DNA of 64,000 nt from Octopus vulgaris (Eukaryota), in contig OX597818.1 of NCBI GenBank assembly GCA_951406725.2, positions 52,514,001 to 52,578,000 of the forward strand. The letters run 5' to 3'. Position numbers and translations under genes: made by a program. Positions 40,618 through 57,006 of this stretch are shown here, piece after piece. Each line of letters starts with the position of its first letter. Position 1 is the first letter of the stretch. The notes below the pieces were generated by a model. The model ran no database searches. It was given only the letters and a program-made list of their open reading frames with translations, and had not been told where the DNA came from.

Positions 40618-41475
40618 CGGGCCGTCCCCAAAGTCACTGACGGGTTTCAATTTTTAATAACTTCCCTAACTTTACAAATAAATGCATGAAATGTTGATAC
40701 AATATAAAGAATATAATAGAAATTAATATGCATAAGTCAAATTTTGCATCACCACTACATCACTTATGAAAAATGACATTGCTTAAATGGCAAAATTTGC
40801 ACCATAACACTCTCAAGAGTTTCAGACCCCACTTCTTCTCTGATTTCTCTACTGATGTTCTCTTTCAGTTGCACCATGATCTCATTTTTGTTGACGTAAA
40901 CCCTCTTTTCCAGGTATCCCCACAAGTAAAAATCCGGGATAATCAAGTTGGGGGACGTGAAAGCCATTCAAAGTAGACCTCACACATGGTTCCAGCAAGA
41001 TGGGGCCACTGCACATATCACAAGAGAAACAAGGCAGTTGCTACGGCTGTGCTTTGGAGAGAGAATAATCTCCTACTACGGAAATATCAACTGGCCTTCG
41101 CGTTCACCAGACTTGACTAACCCGGATTTTTTTTCTTGTGGGGATACCTGGAAAAGAAGGTTTACGTCAACAAACCGGAGATCCTGGTGTAACTGAAGGA
41201 GAACATCAGTAGAGAAATCAGAGAAGTGGGGTCTGAAACTCTTGAGGGTGTTATGGCGCAAGCTTTGGAAAGAGCACGGGCGTGCGAAGCTGAAAATGGC
41301 TGCCAATTAAGCGATGTCCTTTTTTCTATATGATGTAGTGGTGTTGCAAAATTTGACTTGTGCATATTAATTTCCATTATGTCCTTTATATTGTATCAAA
41401 ATTTCATGCATTCATTTGTAAAGTTTGGGAAGTTATAAAAAATTAAATCCCATCAGTGACTTTTGGGACACCCTG
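40618..41475 (+). mobile_element. DD41D (rosa-type) Tc1/mariner derivative with fold-back arms
   Basis: TA-flanked TIRs; WFQQDGATAH...WPSRSPDLTNPDFF has 41 residues between the catalytic aspartates; left arm (to about 40950) is an inverted copy of the 3' end. Confidence 0.88.
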
Positions 41476-41653
41476 TATATTGGTTACACACACACACAGA
41501 CAACTGTGTGTGTGCGGGCCCCCGGGAATTTGAACACCTAGTAGACCGGACGAAAAACAAAACCTCTCAAAGGGGACACGCACTCGAGAGACTCAGCGTT
41601 CATCTAGAACTGAATATGAATATGCATTTGCATGTGAATGTGTAACTAGATGT

Positions 41654-41725
41654 GTTTCAAATAAGGGTCTTTTTCACATGTAGATTTACGTAAATCTACA
41701 TGTGAAAAAGACCCTTATCTGAAAC
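41654..41725. repeat. 72-bp loopless palindrome (1 mismatch)
   Basis: Centre ...GATTTAC|GTAAATC... at 41689/41690. Confidence 0.9.
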
Positions 41726-41876
41726 CTGACGTTCATAGGCTCGGGAACGGCGGGTGCAGAGGGTGAAAGCGTATCCCCTAAAATTTATGGAGGCCAATGA
41801 AAATGCTTTGAACATCCTCCTAATATACTTCATCGCTAAAGCGAACGAGGGTAGAAATATATTTTGGACTGATTTC

Positions 41877-42151
41877 GGATCTTCACCTTTTGACCGACAG
41901 ATTTAACAAATAATTTTTTGTAACTAAACACTTTCAAACTTCGTATACTTGTAGAATGTGTCACATAAAACATCTTTTACTCTTGGCGTTGTTGAGAAAA
42001 TTCTGTATTTTACAAGTTATTTCTTGTTAAAATTGTCGTATTTCGGTAATTTCAACCAATCAATGACGTGTATTCAGCTGAATACGAATTTTGAAAGTGT
42101 TTAGTTACAAAAAATTACTTTAAAAATCTGTCGGTCAAAAGGTAAAGATCC
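41877..42151. mobile_element. Related MITE with GGATC...GATCC TIRs and 8-bp TSD (Merlin-like)
   Basis: TIRs GGATCTTCACCTTTTGACCGACAGATTT / AAATCTGTCGGTCAAAAGGTAAAGATCC; TSD CTGATTTC at 41869-41876 and 42152-42159. Confidence 0.88.
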
Positions 42152-42686
42152 CTGATTTCAAACACTACTTTTCCATTATTGTTTTTTTTTTTTTAGTTTG
42201 ATGTACAAATATTTATAACCTTTTCTACTAAAGGCAGAAGGCCGGAAATTTTGGGGTAGGGGACTAGTCGATTACATCAACCCCAGTACTTGACTGGTGC
42301 TTAATTTATCGACCCCGAAAGGATGAACGGCAAAGACGACCTCGGTGGAATTTGAACTAAGAACGTAGTGACAGACGAAATACCACTAATATATGTATGT
42401 ATGTATATATTGAAAACGAGGAAGACCGGTTTATGGGATTTCTTTAGGTTTCCCGTCCATAAAGGGTTTAGCTTTATGGCGTATCGTCGGATCTCAAAAC
42501 CTGTTGGTCCAAGATCTCCCGAGAATATGGAGCGATTGTGCTGACATGTCTTGGGATCTGACGATACGTCATAAAGCAAAACCCTTCATGGAGGGGAAAA
42601 CTAAGGTAATCTCATAAACCGGCCTTCCCCATTTTTAGAGTGTACTTCTTAGAGTGTACTTCTTCCTTCGGATTTATGTTTTTTAC

Positions 42687-42739
<53 letters not shown>

Positions 42740-42741
42740 TA

Positions 42742-42778
42742 CAGTTGAAAAAGTCTCAAATGACCGAAACCGGTACTG
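42742..42778 (+). ncRNA. Degenerate minimal hammerhead motif in a short cassette between microsatellites
   Basis: CAG-TTGAAAA-AGTC(TCAAAT)GACC-GAAAC-CG-GTA-CTG. Confidence 0.5.
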
Positions 42779-42923
42779 AAATGTTCTTTATAAAATTATT
42801 TTAGCATTTTCTATCTTGACTTGTTTTTTCATATATATATATATATATATATATGTATCAGAATTTTTTGCGTAATGAGATGAAAAACGAAGGCTGTGTA
42901 GATAGAATATTTATAGATAGAAG

Positions 42924-42975
42924 GTCTTACATCTGTTTCCAGGATATTTATCAATTATATCCCTTCATTGGAGAC
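42924..42975 (-). ncRNA. Degenerate hammerhead motif
   Basis: Minus strand GTCT-CCAATGA-AGGGATAT...ATATCCTG-GAAAC-AGAT-GTA-AGAC. Confidence 0.55.
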
Positions 42976-43723
42976 GGTGTGAGAGGATAGTTAACTAATA
43001 GTTAATTCAGATAAGATGCAAGATAGTGAGTGAGGTGGAGGAAAGAAAATAGATGCAAGATATGTAGGGATATTGAAGTTGTCGATCAAATTTTTAAGCA
43101 GAATGGTATATATGTAGGATTCGAATACCTTATGAGTAAAGTCTAACAGAGATTAAAATGGGTCCTTCCAAATATAGAGTTTATACACAATGTAAGATTC
43201 CAATACCTTATAAGTGAGATCCAGCAGTTTTTAAACTTAGTCATTCCAAGTACAGAATTTATATATAATCTTTGGTAGAGCAGTGTGTATTTCAAAATAA
43301 TCAATAAGAATGACCTTTATGATAATTATCCCCACTTTAATAATTAGATCGTTAAAAATCGTATCGTGATTTGAGGGTTTCATTTGCTTATTATCGATAT
43401 CTTATTATATGTCCCTTTCTTGTAAAGAAAAAAAAAACAGTCTTTGATTTGGGACTGTGTTTTGGGGATTCGAAACAATTGTCAAACAATTCGTTTTGGA
43501 GGGAACAGAGTTTTTTCAATACCGTTTAAGTTTTTTCGTCTGTCTTTACGTTCTGAGTTCAAATTCCGCCGAGGTCAACTTTGCTTTCCATCCTTTCGGG
43601 GTCGATAAATTAAGTACCAGCTGCATACTGGGGTCAGTCTAATTGACTGGCCCCCCTGCCCCAAAATTTCGGTTCTTCTGCCTAGAGTAGAAAAGAATAT
43701 CGTTTAAGTTTGTCAGGATGTTG

Positions 43724-43753
43724 TATACATACATACATACATACATACATACA

Positions 43754-43787
<34 letters not shown>

Positions 43788-44253
43788 CATACATACATAC
43801 ATACATACATACATGCATACATACATACATACATGCATACATACATACATACATACATGCATACATACATACATATATACATACATACATACATACATAC
43901 ATAATACATACATACGCACACAAACACATTGAAATATGTAAGCGCACACACACATACATATATATATATAGACACACTCACACACACACACGTCCATTTG
44001 TATATATACAAACTTACACACACCTTCACACACATTGATATATGTAAGCGCACACACACATATACATATATGCAGACACATACACATACACACACACACA
44101 CACATATATATATACGTCCATTTGTACATACACACACTCACACACTTACACACATACGTCCATTTATATATATATATATACACATTCACACACACGCTCA
44201 CACACACACATTGATATATGTAAGCGCACACACACACACATATATATATGCAG

Positions 44254-44284
<31 letters not shown>

Positions 44285-44408
44285 CGTCCATTTGTACATA
44301 AACACACTCACACACTTACACACATACATACGTCCATTTATATATATATATATACATATATACACATTCACACACACGCTCACACACACACATTGATATA
44401 TGTAAGCG

Positions 44409-44444
<36 letters not shown>

Positions 44445-44585
44445 CGTCCATTTGTACATACACACACTCACACACTTACACATATACATACGTCCATTTA
44501 TATATATATATATATACACATTCACACACACGCTCACACACACACATTGATATATGTAAGCGCACACACACACACACACACACTA
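43724..44585. repeat. (CATA)n tract followed by higher-order CA/TA minisatellite
   Basis: Recurring anchors CATTGATATATGTAAGCGC and TACGTCCATTT spaced by variable CA/TA runs. Confidence 0.85.
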
Positions 44586-45101
44586 TACATATATGCACTT
44601 ACACACACATAATACAAGTACTGAAGGTCAAAATAAAGTAAACAAACAAAATAACATTCCCCCCCCCCCCAAAAAAAAAGGAAAGAAGGAAAAGAAAAGA
44701 CTTTGTTCTATTCATGCATCTTGCATTTTAGTCAATAAAACTTCCTGAATACAATAATAGAGGGTGAGTCCGGAGTCAGGTCACAGTGACATCTATGTTC
44801 CAGTGGTAAACAACAACACACACACATACACGCATATATACTAACACATACACACACGCACACATACATACACACACACATACATACACACACACAAAAA
44901 TGCAGCGAATAATAAATATTATTCATTGTGTCCACACCCATTCTCCACATGCATTTAAATAAATTTCGATCCACGTACACATACGTACGCATACGCACAC
45001 GCATACATATGTACATACATACACACACACAGATATATATATAGAGAGAAACATACACATTTACACATATATAAATATACACGCCTACACACACACGCAC
45101 A

Positions 45102-46248
45102 CGTTATGTCCTTCTGTCAGTCTGCCTGTCTGTTCCCTCTTCACGGTCAAACGGCCGGACCAATGTAATCACGTTGTTTTTCGGGATTACAAAGGAGGTA
45201 ACCAGGAAGGTTTTTGCCGAAAAAAAATGCGAAAAAGTATGATTATTTAGTGGATATTGAGTTTTTTGTTAAAATTCCGGCGACGAGGATTAACTCTGGA
45301 TCCCCGCCCCCCACCACCCGCATAGTTCCCGAATTTAGAGGGTTTAAGTTTACGATACTATCCTTTTATTTCCCATCGTAGATGGGCAGATTTCTATCTT
45401 ACCATCTATCTATCTATCCGCTCAGTCGAAGTCGACTCTCGGTTACTCGTTGGATCAGTGTCCTCCAGTCAGTTCTATCCTGGGCCGCTTCTTTCAGATT
45501 GGCTATGTCCATTCCAGTATCACTCTTGATGGTGTCAAGCCAGCGGGTTCTTGGTCGGCCTCTTCCTCTCTTGCCACTGACCATTCCGAGCATGGTGTCC
45601 TTCTCCAGGGATTTTCTCCGCATAATATGACCGAAATATGCCAATCTTACCATAATGGGCGTTATGTCCGTCTGTCCATCTCTTTGTCTGTTCCCTCTTC
45701 CCGCCAGACGGCTGGACCAATGGTTACGATATTTTTCGGGATTACAAAGACGATCGTCAGGGAGCTTCTTAGCATTATAAAATCAGAAAGTATAATTTCG
45801 TCGATATCGATTTTTGAATTGATAAACTGCCTTCGTATTTTTATTGAAAAATCACTGACCACGAGTAACTCTGGATTTTGATCGTATAGTGCGTGGCCCC
45901 ATCGTAGATACGAAGGGGGTCGCGAGGACGGTTAATAGCGAAAATAAAATGGAAAAAAGTGTGTATGTCAGTATATAGTGTGTGTGATTATTTAGTGGTT
46001 ATTGAAATGTATCAGCCTCGAGCAGGATTCGAAACGGCTAATCGAAGCGGCTGTTGTTTACATCTCAGTTTTGTCAATCAAAAGAACCCATGGTACCAGA
46101 ACATCCAGACATTATTCGCATAGAACAGTGAGAAATAAGTCTTAGTTTGATTTTTTTGCAACCCTAAATATTCTGCCCAGGTATTCACAGCAAACAAAGC
46201 ATAGGGCTATACTTTAGATCGCGTAGGTGTATTTTTACCCACTCCGTT
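45102..46248 (+). mobile_element. Second copy of the tandem Helitron pair (paralogue of 5525-6430), truncated
   Basis: Colinear high similarity; helicase remnant FTANKA*GYTLDRVGVFLPTP near 46185-46245. Confidence 0.8.
45406..45643 (-). mobile_element. RTE/BovB-like LINE 3' end with (GATA)n tail and 10-bp TSD
   Basis: YFGHIMRRKSLEKDTMLGMVSGKRGRGRPRTRWLD...SRLRLSG*; TSD ATCTTACCAT at 45396-45405 and 45644-45653. Confidence 0.92.
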
Positions 46249-46257
46249 GTCTATCTA

Positions 46258-46375
<118 letters not shown>

Positions 46376-46959
46376 GGTTTCAGAACAAACAAATACAAGG
46401 TCATCCACGTAACATTTCATATCTCGAACATTTGATCACATAATGCTTTTTCTTTCACATAGAATATACATGCATAAAATCACGGAAGATGAAACACAAC
46501 TCATCAGTACAAGCATATAAGCAAAATACAAGAAAAATGTGTGAATACAGTTCATCGCGGTTAAAAGTTAACGATTAATACTTTAGCGACTAAAAAATAT
46601 ATATATTTTTTAAAACATTGCAACACCTAGAATAACAAATACATACATAAAAATATAAAGAAATATATAAATATATAGATATATAAAAAATATAAAAATA
46701 CATATATATAGGAAGCATATAAATAAGTAATATATAATATATAAGGTAAAATAAAAGTTCATCGTTTAGAAATTTTTTTCGATTAAAAATTACTTTTCAA
46801 GATAAGGGAAACCTATTGTTAAAAGCCAGTGTCCAAGCAAAAAAAAAAAAAAAAAAAGAAACCATATTTACATATTTGTCTCATTTAATTGAGCACTTCT
46901 ATTGCAGTCCTATTAAACATTTTGTTCCTGATAAGAAACAATCACTGTATTATATATAT

Positions 46960-47379
46960 AGGCGTAGGAGTGGCTGTGTGGTAAATAGCTTGCTAACCAA
47001 CCACATGGTTCCGGGTTCAGTCCCACTGCGTGGCACCTTGGGCAAGTGTCTTCTACTATAGCCTCGGGCCGACCAATGCCTTGTGAGTGGATTTGGTAGA
47101 CGGAAACTGAAAGAAGCCTGTCGTATATGTGTATATATATATGTGTGTGTGTGTGTATGTTTGTGTGTCTGTGTTTGTCCCCCTAGCATTGCTTGACAAC
47201 CGATGCTGGTGTGTTTATGTCCCCGTTACTTAGCGGTTTGGCTAAAGAGACCGATAGAATAAGTACTGGGCTTACAAAAGAATAAGTCCTGGGGTCGAGT
47301 TGCTCGATTAAAGGCGGTGCTCCAGCATGGCCGCAGTCAAATGACTGAAACAAGTAAAAGAGTAAAAGAGTAAAAGAGT
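46960..47379 (+). mobile_element. SINE family A
   Basis: Full-length copy. Confidence 0.9.
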
Positions 47380-47446
47380 ATATATATATATAGGGAGATG
47401 TACTCGCATAGCAAGTGACCTGATCTGAGATCGTGTGCTGGAACGA

Positions 47447-47727
47447 AAACAATTGCAGCGTGGAAGGTGTTTATAAGCCATTTAAGAAACACACAAAAGC
47501 CGTCCGATTCACTTCAACATCTAAGTTTAATTTGTCAAAATATTTTCGTCGCTAAAATCCGCAACCTGTTCACTGACAAAAAGATGCAGCACGGATTTTT
47601 GTCAGTGAACAAGTCGCAGGCTTAAAGCGACGAAAATATTTTGAAAAATTAAACTTAAATGTTGAAGTGAATCAACGGCTTTTGTGAGTTTCTTAAATGG
47701 CTTATAAACACCTTCCACGCTGCAATT

Positions 47728-47731
<4 letters not shown>
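47447..47731. repeat. Inverted repeat (about 135-bp arms) between (TA)n tracts
   Basis: AAACAATTGCAGCGTGGAAGG...CACTGACAAAAA mirrored by TTTTTGTCAGTG...CCTTCCACGCTGCAATTGTTT. Confidence 0.9.
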
Positions 47732-47788
<57 letters not shown>

Positions 47789-48289
47789 CATATGTGTATG
47801 TGTGTCTGTGTTCGTCCCCCACCATCGCTTGATACAATAGCAGTTCAGCAAAAGACACAGATAGAATAAGTACTAGGCTTGCAAAGAATAACTCCTGGGA
47901 TCGATTTTTTTTTTTACTAGAATCGGTGCTCCAGCATGGCCGCAGTCAAATGACTGAAACAAGGAAAACAATATAAGAGTATCACTAACTGTTCACTACA
48001 TATATTTCTAAAAGAAGAATCATTAACTTCTAATCTATGTATCCTAACTATCTCTTGTATAACGAGGGACTGCTGAAAAGTTTCTGTCTTTAGTGGTAAC
48101 ATGAAAGGGCTGTTTGTAGGCCCAACTTTCTGAGTTCGGGCCTTAAAAACCGAAGGATTGCTGTAACAAATGTGTGTATCTGAGAAGGTAATAAGTTGAA
48201 TAAAATCATAATTAAATGATTATCGTGTATTTTCTTTTACACAAAGCCAGGAACTTTTCAGCAATCCTCATAGTATTCTTGCAATCTGG

Positions 48290-49390
48290 GTAGTTGGCAG
48301 AGCAAATCATATTTATCGATTTGCTATTCACTTTTGCATTGATCTTTTTTTTAGAAGTGCTTTTTTTCTCCTTCTTCAATATAATCGTATGTTCATCACA
48401 TTTTTGTGTCTTTCTTTCCTTTTCTTTTACTTTTCTTTCTTTTATCTTTGTAAATTGTATTTTACTTAGTAGAGATTTCTAGGTTAGATTCATGGCATCT
48501 GCTGGGAGATATCTTTAAACGCCATTGATAATGTCGTGGTTTCTCTGGTTGTCGGCTAAGACAAAAGGAAATTTTGGGGGTTCATTTCTATTTTCTTGCG
48601 CCTGCCTCACCACTGGAATCTGTAGGTTGCATGTTTCTGACTTTGATAATAACTGTATCAATAAGCCTTGTGGGGGTATTTTTGCCTTTGCTACAAATAT
48701 TTTTTGTTCTTGTAATTTGTTTTCTTTGATTAAGAGTGCAAATTCGCTTTGTTATGTTAAATGATTTGTTCTTTTTTGTATATATTGAATATTCAAGTAT
48801 TTTAATATTGCTTTCGTGTTTGATAACCTATATGTTCAAAATTGGTGCTTCACTTGCATGCTCTTCTATTGAAAAGTTTATTGAGATGTCTAACCTCAAT
48901 AAATTTAGAAAGGAGTGGGAGAAGTACTAGAACCTTTTGATTTTTGTTCCAAAAGATAACATAGTCATCCAAATACCGTTTCTAATTGTTCCTTATGTAG
49001 ATAGGGAATTGTTGGTTGAATGTTTCTGGTAGTTGAGAGTATACTCTATCCTATTAGAATCCCTTTGCATATGTTGCATATGTTGGGGCTACTCATGTAC
49101 CATTGTTGTTCCTTTTATTAAGAAAAAATGATTGTCAATGAAGAAATCATTATTTCCATGTGTTGGTATAAATCCATGTGAAATTAAGTCTGTTGAGAAT
49201 CTTCCCTGGATATGAATTAGGTATTTTGTGAATCAGAAGTCAGGGCTTCAATTCCTTGACCACGTGGTATAGTTGCTTATAAACTTGTTGCATCAAAGCT
49301 AACGAGAATTGTTTCCTGATGCACTCTTCCAGGTTTATAATTTTAAATGTCCATACAATCTCCGATGAAACCTGGTCCTATGTTGTATAA
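48290..49390 (-). pseudogene. Degraded Penelope-like reverse transcriptase region
   Basis: Minus strand LVSFDATSL..IP..GIEA, GT.M, and KRYLDD (about 48965-48985); many stops. Confidence 0.7.
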
Positions 49391-49501
49391 TGGCTTCAAT
49401 ATTACATTTAATAGGTTGCTTGGGTGTCGTGTGTCTGATGTTGGTCCAACGAAGATTGAAGTTAGTTTCAAGTAAGCAAGTTTCAACATTTTGACATTTA
49501 T

Positions 49502-49542
<41 letters not shown>

Positions 49543-49849
49543 TCGTATGTCACATTTTACACTCCGACTATTCTGGAAACGTGTATATCGCTCTGAAGTA
49601 GATATACTTCGTAAGTTGTAAATAATATTTGAAATATAAAATACCGTCTCAATAAACACTCACAACGCCCGGTCGGAGAATCGAAACTGCGATCCTATGA
49701 CCGCGAGTCCACTGTCCTAACCACGAGGCCATTACGTTTCCACATAGATATATTTATATTACAGACGTCATGAAAATTTAATTAACTTTTAAGAGAACCT
49801 GAAATAATTATGTGATGTGTGCTTCGAGATCCATTGTTCCTAGTCAAAA

Positions 49850-49931
<82 letters not shown>

Positions 49932-49948
49932 GAGCTAATCTTATTATA

Positions 49949-49982
<34 letters not shown>

Positions 49983-50774
49983 CATTACATATGCATATGT
50001 ATATATTTGTGCATACACATTCTATATATCTCTCTCCTCACCTACATGCCTAATTTCATACATACATACATACATATATATAAATACATACATACATATG
50101 TATATGCACACATACATACACACTCGTACGTTCAGATACCTATGCGTGGGAGAGAAATAAAGAAAAGAGCGAAAAAAGTTGAATTAAATATGTATTAGAA
50201 ATGTGGGCGGCATAAAAGAGAAAAAGTATATTGAAAAAAGTATATATGAGAAATGTGTGAACAATCATGCATACATACAGATATACATAGATAAGCACAT
50301 ACATATGTGTGTATATGTATATTCGTGTGTAAGTGTGTACATATGCATAAACATATATAAACGGATACAGACATCTGAACACGTGCTCTCTCTCATACAC
50401 AGGTAGACTTATACACATACATGCTATATAGATGTGCATATTTTTAGCAAGAGGAAAAAATAATTGTTTGAAGTGAAAAATAGAAAAAATATGTGAATAA
50501 TGTATTAAATAATATAAAAGAAAATGGAGAAGAAACGTGAGTGGTGTAGGGAAGAAGATGGGTGGAAAAGGAGTAGAGAAGGGGTGGGTATAAGACATGG
50601 TGGAGGTGGGGAGTAAAATGAAAAGAAATCTGTATATGCGTGTGTGTATGGGATGCTTTTGGGCGTTTGTATCATAGAATGAAAGAATGGGATAAATTGG
50701 GAGGGGTGGGCAGAGGGAATGGAAAGGCTATCAGTTAGGTATAAATGGAAAATGTTAAATGTATTGACGTTTAG

Positions 50775-50849
50775 TGGAGAGAGAAAGAGGGAGAGAGAGA
50801 GAGAAAGAATAGAGAGCGAGAGAAATGCAGAGAGAAAGAGAAATATAGG

Positions 50850-50881
<32 letters not shown>

Positions 50882-50889
50882 AAGAAAGA

Positions 50890-50936
<47 letters not shown>

Positions 50937-51030
50937 GGACATAGATAGGTTGAGTGAAAATGAGACAGAGCGATATAGATAGGTGGAAAGAGAATGAGAG
51001 AGAGAGAACAAGATAGATAGATAGATAGAT

Positions 51031-51071
<41 letters not shown>

Positions 51072-51136
51072 GAGAGAAAGAGAGAGAGAGGGAGAATAGA
51101 GAGTGAGAGAAATGCAGAGAAAAAGAGAAAGATAAG

Positions 51137-51168
<32 letters not shown>

Positions 51169-51179
51169 AAGAGAGAGAG

Positions 51180-51210
<31 letters not shown>

Positions 51211-51271
51211 ATAAAGAGTGAGAGAAATGCAGAGAAAAAGAGAAAGATAGGAAGATAGGTAGGTAGGTAGG

Positions 51272-51335
<64 letters not shown>

Positions 51336-51444
51336 GAAAGAGAGAGAGCCGGACATAGATAGATTGAGTGAGAATGAGGCAGAGCGATATAGATAGGTGG
51401 AAAGAGAATGAGAGAGAGAGAACAATATAGATAGATAGATGGAC

Positions 51445-51491
<47 letters not shown>

Positions 51492-51510
51492 AGAGATAAG
51501 GAAAAAGAGA
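50775..51510. repeat. Compound (GA)n/(GATA)n repeat with duplicated internal unique blocks
   Basis: GGACATAGATAG...GGTGGAAAGAGAATGAG block at about 50937 and 51351. Confidence 0.85.
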
Positions 51511-51513
51511 CAT

Positions 51514-51680
51514 AGGCGTAGGAGTGGCTGTGTGGTAAGTAGCTTGCTAACAAACCACATGGTTCCGGGTTCAGTCCCACTGCGTGGCATCTTGGGCAAG
51601 TGTCTTCTGCTATAGCCCCGGGGCCGACCAATGCCTTGTGAGTGGATTTGGTAGACGGAAACTGAAAGAAGCCTGTTGTA

Positions 51681-51721
<41 letters not shown>

Positions 51722-51934
51722 TTGTGTATCTATGTTTGTCTCCCTAGCATTGCTTGACAACCGATGCTGGTGTGTTTACGTCCCCGTAACTTAGCGGTTC
51801 GGCAAAATAGACCGATAGAATAAGTACTAGGCTTACACAGAATAAGTCCCGGGGTCGATTTGCTCGACTAAAGGCGGTGCTCCAGCATGGCCGCAGTCAA
51901 ATGACTGAAACAAGTAAAAGAGTAAAAAAAGAGT
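51514..51934 (+). mobile_element. SINE family A
   Basis: Full-length copy. Confidence 0.9.
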
Positions 51935-52051
51935 ATACTAAAATTGAATTTTGCTTTAACGATGTTTCCGATGCTGTGACGATAACGCTATACATATATT
52001 TCAGTCAATGAAATGTATTCGAGATCTTAGACTATCTAGATGTAGAATATG

Positions 52052-52130
<79 letters not shown>

Positions 52131-52210
52131 ATGATAAAATAGATGTTAGAAAAAGTCGATTAAAAAATGGCACGTGTGCACGTCTATACATACATACATA
52201 CATACATACA

Positions 52211-54061
<1,851 letters not shown>

Positions 54062-54274
54062 TATATATAGTCAAAATGAGGGTGAAAAAATTGGATATTA
54101 ATTTAATAACATCAATTTAAACACCAGTGGTCTAGCGCATAAAAGACTGAGATTCGGTAAATATTATTAATACACAAATATGAGAGAGAATCCACTATGT
54201 GGACGCTCTTACGCTAGATATAGATCCTCAAGGGTCTGAACCACTAAGAATTGTTCTATATATATATATATATA

Positions 54275-54377
<103 letters not shown>

Positions 54378-54701
54378 TCAGATGAATAAGGTACTTAATT
54401 TGAGGCACCAGAATTTAGTACAGTATTATCCATACAATTTCAAAGTAAGGTGATTAAAATCAAAATAAAGATTGTCAAAAGTAACATGTGGAAGGTTGGT
54501 TGCGTTAATTATTGGTTGTTGCAAATTGCTACATTACATATATATATACAGTCTTTGGTAACAGGGACATGTTATGGACATAAAAAAGTACAACAGTATG
54601 TTGAGAATATAAAGAGGTTTAACAAGCTCATTGAAAAAATGGGCAGAAAAGATTAAAACAAATATATTATACATCTCAGGATATCCTTGTTGCTTATTTT
54701 G

Positions 54702-54744
<43 letters not shown>

Positions 54745-54804
54745 CATATTTATATATAGATTATTTACGCATATTTATTAATTAATTATTTTGATTATTG
54801 TGTT

Positions 54805-54908
54805 TAATCTGATGAGTGGCTATATTTATATTCAAGTGATTTTACTACTACTACTAATATTTTTACTATAATCATTTCTTAAATATAGCCACGAAACACG
54901 TGTCGTTA
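54805..54908 (+). ncRNA. Type I hammerhead ribozyme, intact core
   Basis: TAAT-CTGATGA-GTGGCTATATTTA...TAAATATAGCCAC-GAAAC-ACGT-GTC-GTTA: 13-bp perfect stem II, palindromic stem III, GUC cleavage triplet at 54902-54904. Confidence 0.85.
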
Positions 54909-55069
54909 TTCTACCGAATATATACTTTTTATTTATTATTTTGCATATTACTTAATCATCGTTATATTTTTATCTTGTACTTAATCTTTCTATTATATGT
55001 AATTTTCTAGATGGTGCAATTTAGTCTTTCATTTTGAATTGATAAAAGGTGGTTTTTTCTAATTTATAC

Positions 55070-55673
<604 letters not shown>

Positions 55674-55710
55674 TAATTCCACTCGTGCGATACCCCACAA
55701 CTCAACTTTG

Positions 55711-55762
<52 letters not shown>

Positions 55763-55901
55763 TTATATACGACAAGAAATAATTTTTGTCTCTTTTTTTG
55801 AGTGTGTTAGGAAATTTCGACTGGTCCTGTGATGGATTATTATCTTTAAATTATCCATGCGGCATTGAATGAACTTTTTGGCTTTGTTTGAGTTTCCTGT
55901 T

Positions 55902-55984
55902 CATCCTGATGAGGGATTCATTGCCGAGATGCACTTTAACTGTAATCGAACCGCGGCAATGAACTCTCGAAATGGCCGTAGATG
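55902..55984 (+). ncRNA. Type I hammerhead ribozyme, intact core
   Basis: CATC-CTGATGA-GGGATTCATTGCCG...CGGCAATGAACTCTC-GAAA-TGGCC-GTA-GATG; cleavage triplet GUA at 55978-55980. Confidence 0.82.
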
Positions 55985-56562
55985 TGTTTGACTTGATTTT
56001 GTGGAACTCATTTTGCCCCTGGACTCTAACCTACCATCGCTTTATGAATTGAACTTTTTGGACGTACACTTTTGTGTGAGGGGAGTAAAAAATTTTTTTT
56101 AGTCAATTGATATTCTATTTTATTTTAGTTTATTTAGAATTTTAGTAGCATGACACGCTTTAGAATTTTTAGTCGCTTGTATTTACCTTTTTGATAGGCC
56201 GTTCTATTTGTTTATATTTTTATTCGCATACATATCTTTACCTTCTGTGTTTTTTATGTATGAATATTTTTATATGTTGAAGAACCATGTTTATATTCAT
56301 ATCTGATCAAATGTTTGGAGGTATAAAGTCATTGACTCGAATTTGATATTTGTTCTATGATCAATGTTTTATATATATAATATAATATAATATGATATAA
56401 TATAATATATAAATATATGCATATATATGCATACATATATGTACATACCTACATATATATGTATATATACATGCATATATGGGTACAGGACATAAAAAAA
56501 AACGTTGAACACGATGAGAAGCATAAGGTATGAACAAGACACGACTTCGTTGATACACACAC

Positions 56563-56605
<43 letters not shown>

Positions 56606-56697
56606 CACATATGTACATGCTTTCGCTGGAAATGGTTTTGTTATATGCGCCGTATTTTTAAATCTTGTAAATAATAATAATAATGTTATTTTCATGA

Positions 56698-57006
56698 AGG
56701 CGCATGGCTTACGATCGTGAGGTTGTGAGCTCGAATCCCAGACCGAGCTGCGTGTTGTGTTCTTGAGCAAGGCACTTTATTTCACGTTGCTCCAGTTCAC
56801 TCAGCTGTAGAAATGAGTTGCGACGTCACTGGTGCCAAGCTGTATCAGCCTTTGCCTTTCCCTTGGATAACACTGGTGGCGTGGAGAGGGGAGGCTGGTA
56901 TGCATGGGCGACTGCTGGTCTTCCATAAACAACCTTGCCCGGACTTGTTCCTCGGAGGGTAACTTTCTAGGTGCAATCCCATGGTCATTCATGACCGAAG
57001 GGGGTC
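56698..57006 (+). mobile_element. CORE-like SINE family C, with about 21-bp deletion in the tRNA head
   Basis: Matches 3489-3823; the deletion lies between GCT microhomologies. Confidence 0.85.

Noticed and set aside
50505-51760. Long ORFs of 250-364 aa
   Set aside because: Translations of GA/GATA microsatellite plus SINE; low complexity.
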